A stretch of DNA of 64,000 nucleotides from Raillietiella orientalis (Eukaryota). Below are positions 13,031 through 25,699 of the stretch, in pieces; position 1 is the stretch's first letter; each line of letters begins with the position of its first letter. A program made the position numbers and the translations under genes. The notes below the pieces were generated by a model. It was given only the letters and a program-made list of their open reading frames with translations. It made no database searches and was not told where the DNA came from. The DNA is taken from NCBI GenBank assembly GCA_036172245.1, contig JAYWIR010000008.1, positions 5,022,001 through 5,086,000 on the forward strand, written 5' to 3'.

Positions 13031-13956
13031 CTGCTTCTCTGAGGCGGGCTATCTCACCGACTGCCATTCTCAGCGCCGGAATGCGGTGTTCTCCTCCTCC
13101 TCATCTCGCTGGCCTTTTCATCTCTTTGTCTCCCTGGCTCATCAGCCCGTTCGAGAGCGTCGGCAGCCGAACTTTTCCTTTCTTTTCCGTCCTCGCTTCG
13201 GTCTCGGCCCGAAAGGCGGCAGATCAGGTGGCGTCGGCGGTTGCCAAACGGTCAGCCGTGAAAGCGGCGGGAGGAGGAGGAACGGCGCTTTGTCGGACGC
13301 GCCGTAAACTCCATGGAGAGTCCCGGGCGCAAATGCTTTGCCGCCGCGGATCGAGTTGGCGGCAGGAGGTTTTTGTCGTGTTTTGTTTTGCTTGGCCCTC
13401 CCAGACTGGTGGGGCGTGCCGAGGAGGGGGGGGGGTGCGCCTCCCGCCGCCGCCGCCGCCGCCGCCGGAGTCGTCAGCCCCTCCTTCAGACGATGACGTC
13501 ATGCACCTTGCTTGGGAAGAGGGGGGTCTCCTTGCGCGCCCGGTCGCACTCCCACGAAGCCGCTCCCTCCTTGGTTCCCCTCCTGGACGTTGGGATGATG
13601 TCAACGGGACCCTACGGGGGCGCGGGACGGCTGCCCCCGCTCGCCGGGGGGGGGGGGGAAGCTGCAGAACGCAAAGTCCCGAAAGCTCCCTCGGCGGGCC
13701 CGATACCCTGCGACGCCCCTAGCAGGCGTGGGCCCGCGCTCGAGGCTAGTGGGGCCTGTGGCCCTCGGCGGGCTGCATCGCGTAACGCGATCGGTCCAGC
13801 TCTCCTCCCCTCCGTCTGCGAGGTGCGGAACCGGCCGGAGGTCTTCGCAGCTCTTCCGCAAGGCGCGCGCGGCCTCTGGAACGGGGGAGGGACAGGAGAG
13901 GGATGTGCGCGGCGTGGTTGGGCTCTTCCGGAAACCTCGTCGTCGTCTGTTTTCCA

Positions 13957-14019
13957 GCCGTGGCGCTGCTTTCCCTGCGGTCAGGAGCACACGAAGCGCC
14001 GTGGCGCTGCTTTCCCTGC
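13957..14019 (+). repeat. 22-bp perfect direct repeat, period 41
   Basis: GCCGTGGCGCTGCTTTCCCTGC at 13957-13978 and 13998-14019. Confidence 0.9.
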
Positions 14020-15099
14020 CTCCGCCGCCGCCGCCGATCCCGGATGGGATGTAGGCGATCGTAGGGATCGAGAGAGTGAAGGATGTCGGGAGGGGAGGCG
14101 AATCAGACGTGAGCCGTAACTCACGGCGAAACGCAGCGTTTCCATAGCGCTTGTGGGATCGATGTGAGGGAGGCGGTGCTCCTTTGCAGGGTCTGCTGCT
14201 TCCCGAGGCCATCAGGTCGACTGTGGGTCGCCTTCGTCATCAACGGAAACGTGCACCCCGTTACCTTGGCGGCGACGCGCGCGTCTGCAGCTCCTGGCCG
14301 TCAGGATCCTCGACGGGGCACCACCGAGAGAGACTTTCGCGGTCGATACCGCCCCACTAGCCGCGGGGCGAGGGGCAGAGGGGGTCCCCGGCAGGGACTC
14401 GCGTTTGCGACGTGACGTCACAGCGGGGCGAGCCGCGCGCGCGCGCGCTGGACTGCGGACAGACGACCCCTCGCGCTCTCACGTGATGGCGCGTGTCGTG
14501 GACTCCGTTTCCCGAGGACGGAGGGCCGCTTGAGGGCGAACTCTCTTTCTCGCCGTGGGGACTTGGGTACCCCTTCCCTAGTCTTTCCTTCTCAGGGGCG
14601 AAAAGCAGGGAAAAATGCCTGGGTGATGGGGAATGGAGAGGAGCCACGCCCCCTGAGGCCGCGTGCGGTGTCACTTCATGGTCTTGCAGCGGATGGGACG
14701 GGGAATGGCGAGCGAGTTATTGGGGCAGCGCGGAAGAGAGGGAGGAACGGGGCACCTTCGGAAGCGCCAGGATGTCCCGTCGTTTCGCGCGCGCCTTCCC
14801 GGATGTTCCTGCGCGAAGCCTTTGCTTCTTCCCCGTTTTTTCTTCCGCGCCTTGCCCCTTCGAGCCTCTCCCGCAGGCGGCGTTCCCGAAGCCCGCCTCC
14901 TCCTCGCCCGAGCCTCTCAGACGCCCGTCCTTGCGGCGGCGGGGCGATAACGATTGCCTTGGCGACGGTACCCCCCCACCTCCTTCCCCCCGCTTCCAGG
15001 ACGTTCTCGTCGTCGCTTCTCGCCGGCTCTTCCGCCGATCGCGGGGGCGTGGAGGACGCCGACGGCGCCACCGCCGCTGGTGCTCGCAGGCTGGCGCGA

Positions 15100-17200
15100 C
15101 GGGTTCGGCCTGACTGCCGCTCCTGGGCCTCGAGGCTTCCGGTGGCCTCCCGCGAACTCTCCTCCTCCTGCTTAGCAGCGGTAGCTGACCTGGAGAGGGT
15201 CGCGACCTTCTCCCCTGGCCGCGCCTCCGACCAGTGGAAACGCTTTGCGGCAGACGAAGGACGCCAGCGGATCCTTGGGGACTTTTCGGGGCACTGCCGC
15301 AGGGGGCTCGGGAAAGGGGGAGGTCGGCCCCGGATCGCGCTTCCCTAGGAAACCACCCTTCTGCCTCTTCCATCCCTCCCCCTCCCTCTCTTCGACCTAC
15401 CCACTCACGTCCGACTGGCATCTTCCGTACTCACGCGGTTCCACCTGTTGTTCCAGGAAGATGGCGGAGGTATCCTCCGAGAAGGATGCGCAGCGGACCA
15501 CCCTGATGATCCCGCAAAGCAAGGTAAAGGGGCAGGGCACTTCCGGCACTTACTGGAGATGGGTGCCGGGGAGGAGGGAACTCGTAGGGTGGGGAAGAGG
15601 CAGCGGGAAACCTGCCATCCGCCGACTGGGGTTTCCGGACGCCTTCTAGACGCGTGTCCTGGGGTGGTCGTCGGGCAGGGAGCGAGCGGGTTCGCTTGGC
15701 TCCCGCAGTCCTCCCCCTCCAAACTTCTTTCCCGAACTCACGTCCTCCGCCCCCGTTTTTTTTTTTTTTTTTTTTTTTTTTCTTCGAGGGTAGGCAGCGC
15801 TCTGGATTTGCCGGGAAGGCGGGCCGCGTCCCGGACAGACAGATGGCACCACTGTCGTCCAGCCCGCGCACGATGGGTGGGCGAGCCGGACGAGCATCGG
15901 CCGGAGCTGCTGGGGGTAGGTGGGGGGCGGGAACGGACGAGGGAACTCCTCCGCCCCCGGCGTACTTCCGTTTGTTGAGCCAACGGTATTCGCCCGACGG
16001 CAGCAGTGCAGGTCATCTCGAGGTTCACCCTTGGACAGCGTCCATTAGGCGAGAAGACGGGAGCGCTGCCGCCCTCTTTCTGGCGTGTGGGCTCACCCTT
16101 CTCCTTTCCTTGCTGCTGTCTGGCAGCGCCGCCCGTGCCAGAAGGGAGGTCGCGACATTACGCTCTCGCTCGCGTCCTCCCCTCCCCCGGCTATCGACTG
16201 CCTTCTCCTCCAGACCTTCCCGTTGGCGGGGTGATGCGCGGGGCTGGAGGGCAGCACGCGACCTCCATCGCCGTCGCCGTTTTTCCGCGGAGAGCGCACA
16301 GCGCTGCTGCAGTGGCTCTCTGAGACAGCGGCACGGTTGCCTCGGGAGCGTCGCTCTCCCGAGGCCCTTTGCCTCCGGGGCGGAAGTCCTTGGTCCCCGC
16401 CGCACGGGCGTTCCGTGCGCCATCCGCTCCCTATCAGAGTTCACGGTGTCCCGGTGAGAAAGGTGGGGAGGCACGGACCGATGAGTACGCCGCTCTCCCC
16501 TTCCCGGCTCTTGGTCGGTCCGTCCTCGTTGTAGCTTACGGCTTCTGTCCCGAGCAGCTGCCGCTTGAGGGCGCGTCTCTGCGCTGACCGGGGCGGAAGA
16601 GCCTTTGGGTCGCACCAGTGAGCGGGAAGGACATCTTCTGCGGGTTTCTCGGCGAGCCGGACGATTTCCATGGAGAACTCGGGGCGCGACGGGGCTCCTT
16701 TGGCGTGGGGGCGGGCGCGTTCGCGTCGCGACTCGGCCCTCGGGGAGGCAGCCCCAGCCTGGAAAGGTGTGCGTTTGCCGGCAGCCTCTCTCCCGACAGT
16801 GTTTTCCCTGAGACACTTCCCGTGCACGCGCCTTGGCTCGTCCGCTGCGCTCAGGGCAGAAAAGGAAGCGTGGAGGTGCGGCTCAGGAGGAGCTGGTCAT
16901 CCCGGACTTGTCTTGACCAGAGGGAGGAGAGGAAGGGCGACCATGGCGACCTCGCGGGCGGCACGGAACTCTCCTCCTGGACCGGCGTCCGGCCATATGC
17001 TCTCTCTCTCTCTCGCAGTGGCCACGAAGGATCCGCCCGCCGTCTTTCCTTCCGGAAGCTGGGGGACGCCCCCGTCTCGCGGAGGGCCTGGATGCTGCCA
17101 CTTTACTTACCTTCCTCTTCTACTGCCCGGCACTTCAGCCTCCGCGACGAGTGGCCGGAGGAGAAGCAGCAGGAGATTCATCTTCGGGGGCGGAGCGCAG
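15100..17200 (-). mobile_element. Degenerate Tx1/L1-like ORF2 C-terminal relic interrupted by KIF26 exon 1
   Basis: Minus strand: AYGRTP (~16990); RAESRRERAR (R.LS..GRA, ~16720); KSREGESG..P.L (LP..EGG.G, ~16490); WQVSRCLFPTLRV..ISSKCRKCPAP (15620-15528); then after the exon EQQVE..GRC-PVGREW (15453-15401). Confidence 0.55.
15461..15523 (+). CDS. KIF26: KIF26-like kinesin, coding exon 1 (MAEVSSEKDAQRTTLMIPQSK)
   Basis: Acceptor ttccag at 15456, good Kozak gaagATGG, donor AAG|GTAAAG. Phase 0 matches exon 2. No conserved motif, so support is structural. Confidence 0.65.
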
Positions 17201-18978
17201 CTTCCCGCTGACGTCGCGCTCGCGCGCGGCAAAGATGGCGACGAGGCGCCCCACGAATCGCGCGCCCCGGCCTCATGGGGCGGAGGGCGGCGGCGTGCGT
17301 ATCCAACGGTCGGCGGCCACCTGTCGTCGCTTCGCGGTCCGTGCGCATGACGCGCGCGAGCGTGTCCGGGCTGTTGACACGGGTCTCTCCCGTTGTCCGG
17401 AGACGTCGGTTCGCGTGGAGGGGGAAAGGGTTGGGGGAGGGGCTCATCGGCGCTCTCTCTTGAGAGCACACCACCGAAAGGTGTGCAGCGACCCTCGGGC
17501 TGGAATCCAGGTTCTGGCGGGAGTGACCCCGCTTGGTCACGCTGGCAGCGAGGGGCCGGGACGCGCGCGCGGGTTCGCGATTCGGGCGGGCGGGCGGCGT
17601 TTTCAGAGCTCTTTTTGTTTTCTTCCTCTCTTCCTCCCTTTGGCGGGACGGGGGGGGGGAGGGGGGCTTTCGTTGGGCCCTCCGTAGTCCAGCGTCTTGC
17701 CCGCACGCGGCGCCGGCGCGCTGCCGCGTAACACTAGAATGCGGCGGCGTTCCTGAGGGCTGCGCCAGACGCAAGCGCGCGGGCGCTCGAACGGGAAGCG
17801 ACGCGCCGTTCTCGTTTTCCCACGCCAATAAAATCATCCACGGGTTGTGCGGATGGAGCTTCTTTGACAGGTCGTGTTGCTTAACGACGCCGGCTCCCAG
17901 CGGAATGATGAGTAACTCGCCTCGTGCACTCCGATTCATCAAAGGGATTTTTTCCTCCTCCCCTTCGCTCTTTCTCTCCTGCCTCTCCTCTCTCTCTCTC
18001 TCTCTCCCCCCGTCCTTTTTTTTTTAATCTTTTTCTTTCCTTTTCGTTTCGTTTCGTTTTCGCGCTGCACCCCCGAGCCTTCCGCCAGGCCCTCGTCAGT
18101 CGGGCAGGCGCGTGGGCACCGGACGATGCAATTAGCTGATCGTTGCGTTGATCTGCTCGATGATCATCCGCTGTCACTCTCGATGGACGCCTCCTCCTCC
18201 TCCTCTCCCGTGTCTTCTTCTTTACCGTGGCGAGCCCTCGCGCTCGCCGTGGCTGGATGGCGTCAGCAGCAAGCAAGGGAATGGGGTGCCTCTTTCCCCG
18301 CCTGCCTTCGCACCTGAAGCGGGGGAGGGGGCTCTCCGTTTCTTGTCATCTCGCAGTGCGCACGCTGCGGCGACGGGGGCGGGGGAGAAGAGGCGCGGCG
18401 CGGTGCCCGGCAGCGGCTACGCAACCTCCTCCTCTCTTCCTGAGGAAGCTGGGGAAGTGCGGCGGCGGCGGCGTCGCCGCGCGTGGGGGTCGCCGGAATC
18501 GCGTGCGTGCGTCGCGCGCGCGCTCCCGTCCGTTCCCTGTCCGCGCGCGGTTTCCCCTTTCCTTTCCTCCGCGGAAAACGCGAGCTTCTCCGACTCGCCG
18601 CTGGCGGAGAGCACGGCGCTGTTGCCAGGCGAACGCCCTATCGCACCGGCGGTTTTTCGTGTCTTATTTATTTTTTTTTTTTTGCAGCTGCGCACGCACG
18701 CGCGGCCACCCCGCGTCTTTCCGCGTTATTGGTTTATGGCCACTATGGTGGTGGCAGCTGGATGCTGCATCAGAGGACGAAGAATAGACGAAGCTGAAGA
18801 AGAGGAAGCCGAACGACTTCGCTCTCAGATTTATGGCATTGCAGAGCGAATTTTTCGACGGACGTTCCAAGCAACGACCGTTCTTAATATATATTTTTTT
18901 CTTTTTAGAAAAAAAGAGAAGAAAATGATTCGAGGGCGAGGCGGAGGCTGTGATTACTGACAGTTTCTTGGATTTCAG

Positions 18979-19241
18979 GGTGACCTCCGTGTTGGCTCGA
19001 TGCCGTCCTTCGGTACCACGAACGGGATCCTCAACGAGACGACGCACAGCATCCTGGAAAACTACCTCAACATGAATGTGGCCCTGCAGCTCACGAGCAC
19101 GAAGAAGCACGCGCAGCAGCACCACCACCAACACCATCACCAACAGCAGCAGCAGCAACCGAACTTTCGTCTCGGCCTGGCTGGCAACAGCCACGGCTTG
19201 CTGCAGGACGAGATATCCGCCGCGGCCATCTTTTTCGTGAG
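18979..19241 (+). CDS. KIF26: KIF26-like kinesin, exon 2 (poly-H/Q; EISAAAIFFVR)
   Basis: Branch-like tactgac plus tttcag acceptor; donor AG|GTACGT, phase 2. SAAAIFFVR joins AAQK of exon 3, giving the KIF26 AAASFFARAAQKL-type motif. Confidence 0.88.
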
Positions 19242-19949
19242 GTACGTCCCCCCCTTCCCTCTCCCTCCGTGGAGTTCTGGGCACAGCCGTTACCGCACGA
19301 CCGTACCCCGAACCGCTGTTGCCAACGGGAGTGCGCTCCGGAGGGGGTGCAGCCAAGAGCGCGGAGGAACCGCGCGCGCGCGTGGCTGGAGGAGCCGCGG
19401 CAGAGTTTGCTCACCACGAGGCCGCCCGCTGCTGCTCTGCAGGCGCGGAGAGCGCGCAGGGCGCAGAGCAGACCGGCGAGCAAGCCCGCCTCGTCCGCCG
19501 TGGGCGCGTGAAAGCCGTCGTCCGTGCCCACGGCGTGGCTTCGGACGTTTTGCGTGCCTTCTTTCTCTTCCTCCCTCCCCCGTTCCCTCTGGCAGACTAC
19601 TTCCCCGCCCTTTCGTTTGGCGAGCGCAAGAGGAAGGTGTCTCTCGTTCCATCAGCCCGCCGCGGGACCTGGGCCTCTTTGCGTGCCTCCAGGATGGGAG
19701 CAGGGGGCCGCTCCCTCACCGGCTGCTGGCGCCGGAAAATCTTCCGGGCGTGTCCAGCGGAGGAAGTTTGTCCTGCGAGCGGAGGTGTCTTTCCAGAAGA
19801 CAAACCTCGACGTCGGCAGCCCCTGCGAAGGCAGGGGGTGGACGGTCGTGTGTGGTGGCGGCGGCGGTGGTGGCGATCCTTGGGTTCCCTGTTTGACGCT
19901 GCGTTCCTGCCACCTAAGTTTTTTAGCCACGCGTGGACGCGCGGTCTTT

Positions 19950-22300
19950 AGGGACGCCTGCATCCTTTTTTAGGGGAAAGGAGCTGGGGTTGGCGCTCTT
20001 TTCCTGGAGACACAGGGGGTTCGGAGGCGGAGTCAGCTTTCGCCTCTTGCCGTCAGATGGGTCTGCTTAGATCGGAAGGCCTCGCTTCCAGCAGGTGAAC
20101 TCGGCCTCATTCTCTCTCCCTCCCTCCTGTTCCAGCGAGCATCCTCTGGGAGCTGCTCGCCTCTCTGTGCCCCTTTTCGTGTGGTCTCCTGGTATTTTGA
20201 GCACTTCGGCTTATCAGCAGGAAGTTCTGACCTGGTCTCTCCGGTCTTTGGTTCTCGCTTCCCTGACAACCGGATCCTTGCGCCTCCGTTTGCCCCCTGA
20301 GGTTTCCCTCCATGCCTCTTACCACTCACGTGCGCTCGCGTGGCTGTGCAGGTCACCTTGCCTTCGGCAGTTGCTTTCGCTCTCGGAGAGCGTCGTGGTC
20401 GCGGTCGCGGTCGTGGCCGTGGCCTCCACCCTCGCTTTAGGGGAGACGGGTCCCTCGCACGACCTACCTCTTCGGAGCTGCTTGGCTCGCGGGGCTCCCG
20501 ACGTCATCCGCCGGTCGGGATCCCCGCGGGGGGCGTTGTCCGTTTTTTCAGTGTTCCTCCGTCCCCATGGCCTCTCTCCCTCTTTCCCCATGGCCTCTCC
20601 CTCTTTCTCCGTGGCCGCGCGACCTCCACGGTGCTGTTGGAGTGCATTCCCGGTCCACATGGCCGAGGACCGCCTCGGGGGCGGACGTCATTTCGGGCCA
20701 TCTCGCTGGAAGCGCCCCTCTTCCCCCGGCCAAGTTCCAGGTCCGCTCTCATGACTACGGCGTGCGCGTTTGTGACTTCCTTCCTTCAGCCTCCTCCTCT
20801 CCGCTACGTGGCGGGGCCGTTGCCTCCTGAAGGGGGGACGCCCGTGCCTTCCCGGTGCGGCGGCTCTCCCTCCTTATGTGACGTGGAGAGGCGCGCTCGC
20901 TCCGCGCGAGCGGATCTTCCTGCAGGAGCGCGAACCGCCCTCCGAACCGCGCGGGGAGAGGCAGGCGAAGGAGGAGGAAAGGACGAACGCACACGACCTC
21001 CCTGGAGAAATCGCGGCGGAGGCTGCGGCCGACGAGTGCGAGCACCACCACCCGCAAGGAGGGATCCGGGGACCCACCCCCGAAAAAAGGGTGCCAGCAG
21101 CACTCTGGGCCTTTCTTTTGGGAGTTTCTGGCTCCGGTCGCCAGGGGAAGGAGAGCGCGGGAGGGGTGGGGGGAGTTCCGGTCCGCTGCCTCTCGCTCTT
21201 CATCCGCCGGCCATCTCGTGAGGAGGAGCGGAAGTGGCGGCCGCTCGGCGCGCTCCCCCCTTGTTCCTCGGCAGGCGGCGGGTGCGGAAGCGGAGGAGGA
21301 AGAGCGGAGGGCGGCGCGGCTTCCGGGAACGCGGCATCTCCAACGAGTGTCCGCGAATGCGGGGGCGGCTGAAATGAAAGTGGGGCTATCTGAAAGACGT
21401 CGCGTTTTTTTGAGAGTTGGCATCCAGCTTCCGGCTGGATATCCATCTTTAGGCGATGGCGTTTTCCTTCCTTTTGCCTTCTCCTACCTCCTCTTCCTCC
21501 GCACCCTCTTTTCTTCATCTTCCTCCCATCCCCTTCCTTTTCTCATCTTCCACGCCCTCCTTCCTCTTCATCCTTCGCATCCTTTTTTCTTGCTCCTCCT
21601 CTCCGGTTCGCCGCCTTGGTTTTTGAGCGTTCGCGCGCTTTTTCCCCTTCCTCGTCGTTCCTTTTTCGTGGGTCCTCCCCTTCGCGCCTCCCAGAGCTTC
21701 CGGAGGACCCCGGTGAAACGGATGACCTCCTTCGTCCTGCTTTCCTCCGTCCGCGCCCACGCCCACGCTCTGATCTCTTTCGCCACACCCTGGCGCCCTT
21801 ATTCGCGGTCCTGTTTTCGCGCTTCCTCCTTTTCCCGAGAGCCTCTTTTCGAGGAACGCTGGCGCCGTCTCCGAGGAGGAGACGGAAATCCGGTCCACTA
21901 CCGGGGGGCGCCAGGGGGCCCCGCGCGCACGCGCGAAGGTGGTGAGGGAGGCGGGTATCCTGGAAACCGTGTATGCAGTCTTTCCCCTCCCTGGTTGGCG
22001 GGGGGGGGGAGGGACTGGTTGCCGCCTTTTCAGGTGTCCGCGCGTTGGACGCCCCTGCTCGCTCACTTCAAAGGGAAGGGGCGGAAGTCCGAATCCACAT
22101 GGAGGTGGCGGGGGTGGTCCAAGCGGCTGTGGGTGTGGAGTCGCCGCTGTGCTACCGGCCGAGGTGCCCCTGCAAGCTGTCCTGGTGGAGGTGCGCGGTG
22201 TTTTCTCACCTTTCTCACCACCACTCTGTACGGTCATGGCGTCCTCTTCCATCTGTTGCTGTGACCCCCAAGAGTGGTCGCTCCAGCCCCTCCCCAACAT
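19950..22300 (-). mobile_element. Possible non-LTR (I/R1/Loa-like) RNase H and C-terminal relic, interrupted by GC-rich blocks
   Basis: Minus strand ISVSSSETAPAFL (I.SDS..AL-like, ~21870) and EW*EAWRETSGGKR..P....RRDQV (~20330-20230). Weak. Confidence 0.35.
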
Positions 22301-23587
22301 GCTCTTGTGCCACGTCGCCGTTGCTTGGTTTCGGGTGGTTTCTCAGCCTTTCCCAGGTGAACTTGTGCTCTCCTTTTTTTTTTTTTTTTTCTCTTTTTTT
22401 GCGCTTGGGCGGAGGTGGTGAGCTCCTCTCGCGGTGCCCGTTTTTTCCCCTCCTGGTCCGGGCAGCGCCCTCTACAACGACCCGAAGAAGCTGCTGCGCA
22501 GTTCGCTCCCGGCCCGCACAGCCGGGCCGGGTCCCACGGTCGCTGCTTGGGTCCTCCTTTTTTTGCCGCACACGTACGGGAACGTCTGGAAGTGGCTAGA
22601 GGAACGGGCGCGTGGCCGAGGCTCCTCTTTTGCAGACGTCATCTTTTTTTTTCCTCTTCGCGACAAGATGTTTTCTCCTTTCCATCCTGTCCCCTGCCTG
22701 CCCGCCTCGAGGCTGCTGCATTCATCGGAGGCAGGGGAGGTGCGCGCATCAACGGATCTGGCTGCGCCTCTCCTTTCCTCTCTCGTCCTCGCATCCCATG
22801 CCTCGATGGCTGTCGTCCTTCGCTCGGGCGGGACCTCGCAGGGTGTTCCTAAGCACGAATTCTTCCACCCGGCGCGGCTGCCGCTGCATCGCATCTCGAG
22901 CCGATCCTGCCGCGCAAAAATTTTCCTTTTTTTCCCCGGGAAGATTTATGGCCCGAGGGATCGGATACGCCGAGACACGACGGTGCAGCATTTCTGCTCG
23001 GAATATTCATTTTTTCGAATCAACTGAATTTTTGTCAGGTTCCTTAGAATTTAAAGGTCTCTCTTTCCCGTGTAATCATGGGAAGTTTTTCTTCTTCCTT
23101 TCTCCCTCATCAAACCCAGCATCCATTTAGGATGCATCTGCTGCATGATAATTTATTTACTCGTTAGCTGTGAGCCGTTTATCGTGGGCTTCTCAAAAAC
23201 TGAAGTTGAATGAATTGCGTTCGGAAGAGAAAGAGACCTGACACTATTGACCGCTTTCCGCTGTGCGTATGGCGGCGGCATCTCTCCGCTGAGGAGCGTA
23301 CTTTTCGCGTTTTCGGCACCGAGCGCTTGGAGTCGCCCGAGAAGCGGGACCCGCACGCGAACTACGGCGCGCTCCCAGGAGCGAGCCTCGTCCTGGGGGA
23401 AGAAGCATCGCAGGTCCCTGCAGCCGGGTCGTTTTCGTGGATCCCCTTGTTATTTCTGGTGCGGGAAACGAGCATTTGGTCCACGCTCCCACGCTTTCGT
23501 CGAAGCGCATCTCTTCGCGTTTGCAGGAGAGCCGTTTGCCGGTCGTTCAAGTGTTTTTTCTTCTTCTTTTTTTAAAGAAAAAGGGAA

Positions 23588-23643
23588 ATGATCCTTATAG
23601 AAAGAAGCTGGTCAGGGACCCCCCATCCTGACTGGGTGGAGAA
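23588..23643 (+). CDS. KIF26: Candidate alternative first coding exon (MILIERSWSGTPHPDWVE-K)
   Basis: ATG in gaaATGA context, donor GTAAGG at 23644, phase 2 compatible with exon 3; follows an AT-richer UTR-like stretch. Confidence 0.3.
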
Positions 23644-23922
23644 GTAAGGTTTCGTCTTCTTCCCCCCTCCCCGCTTTCTCACTGTTTTCGCCATCACGCT
23701 AACGTGGAAGAGAAAATTTGGGGGCGCGTTGGGAACCGGGAATGCACTTCAGGAAAGCTGCTTCCTCGAAGGCACATAATTCTTCCCGCCCCGTCGCGCG
23801 ATGGTTGCACATTCTCTCCTCCCCCTCCCCCCTCCGACGACGACGAACGGGCATCGTCAGGTTCGCAGCACGCGCGCGGAGGGAATCTGCGAAAGGGGGG
23901 GGGGGGCAGTATTGCCTCGGAG

Positions 23923-23957
23923 CGTGTGTGTGTGTGTGTGTGTGGTGTGTGTGTGTG
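23923..23957 (+). repeat. (GT)n microsatellite
   Basis: Direct reading. Confidence 0.9.
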
Positions 23958-25699
23958 GGGGGGGGGGGAGGGCTAAATGCTTTGGATGAAAGGTCAGAGG
24001 TGACTCCTTGACTGGTGCGGGAGATCGATGTTTGGGAACGGTGCAGGCAACGCTGCTCTTCTTCGCCGGTGCAGTTGCGCCCGGCGCGGCGGGGCAACAT
24101 CCATCTCTCTCGCCAGGGGATCTCCGCTCCTGTCTTCCACCCGCGCCGTCGGGGCCGGTCCTCGCCTGAGGTGCCCTCCCTCACCCCTTTTGTGACGAGT
24201 GCGGAGCTCCAGCGTCTCCTCTGCGGTTCTGCTCGCACGTTTGGTTGCGTTGCGAGCGCCGTTGTCATCGCGGCCATCCGACATGGTCAGAGGAAGGGGA
24301 AGGAGGAGGAGGGAAGAGCTGCGTCAGATTGTCGCCGCCGCGGCGCTGTGGTGGCGCCGCCTTCGTTTCCAGCCGACGGCAGCCCGTCCGTCCACCCGCG
24401 GCGGGATGGCGCGCGCATGCGGCTCGAGCACGACCTCATCCCTCAGCCGTTTCCTGCGGGGGCACATTCGTCCCCTCCATCCGGGGTGCATCCTTCGGGG
24501 GGAAGTTGGGGAGGGGGCGTAGGATCTTATTCCCCGGATGAAAGGGTCCAACACGTAGGCAACCTCTCGCCACCTTGCCCATCCGCACGTCGCTCGGGCA
24601 TCCTGGGGCCTGGGGGGAGCAGTTCGCTCGTTCGACACGCGAGCGCTGCTGTCGTGCGCAGCGGAGTCTGTGCGATGTCTCGAGCCTCCGATCCTCCCAA
24701 CGTGCGTCAGTGATGGCTGCCCTTTGCACCCTTCGCCGCCGGCCGAAAAACGAAAAAGAAAAAAGAAAGAATGAAAAAAAAAAAAAAAAAAAAAAAAAAA
24801 TCCTGCCCTTCTCTCCCAGTTCATCACAGATTTATTGTTTCTTCCGTGTGGATGCTGCCGCGTTTCCGATTCGCGCCGTAGGAAGACGGTGGTGTTCTCC
24901 AATTGACAGCGATGATTAAAACGGCCGGCGTAACCTCCGCTCCTCGTGGTCGATGTCGAAAAAAAGGAATGAGAGAGAAAAGAAAAAAAAAAAAAAAGGA
25001 AGAAAAAAAGCCAAAATCCAGGTTTAATTAAAAATACGTCGTCACGCAGATTTATCGCTTCTTCCTAAAGCATGTTGCAGAAGCGCAGTTTCTTCCGCGG
25101 ATGCATGGAGGGAGAGAGGTCGCATTAATTAACGTTTCATCATTGCGATTCCCCGATAGCCCTGCCGGGGCTCCGCGCGCGCCCGTGCAGTCGCCGTGAT
25201 TTCCCAGATCCGAAGGAGGAAGAGCAGGAGGACGAGGGAGGAGGATCCGGTCTTGTTCGGTATCTCGTGGCGACTGCAGTGCACTTCCACGTGTACTACT
25301 TGCGGCAGGGGGGAGGGGGACCTTTGACCCCTTCTCCCCTTTTCCCTTGTTTTCTCCGGGATCCGCACACTATCCAGGTTCCTGCGAAAATTTGAATCCA
25401 TTTGCAGGTGACTCGTGCGCGCCCGCGGCGGCAAAAATAGGAAACAAAAAAAAAATGAAAGAGAGATGCGGAAAGAGCGGAAAAAGCCGCCTCCACCGTC
25501 TGGACCGAGGAGGCGCTGCTGTGCGGTCGGCGGCATTCGGTCGCCGGCAGCGGTGACGGCGCCGCGGCGACACTTCGGGAGGCAGCACCGGGCAGGCTCC
25601 GTCGCTCCCTTTTTCTTCCCGATGCGGCTCCCTTCCTGGCGCTCCCGTCTCCGTTGCTGGTGGACGGGGAATCGCCCGCCACGTCGTGCGCCAAGTCCT

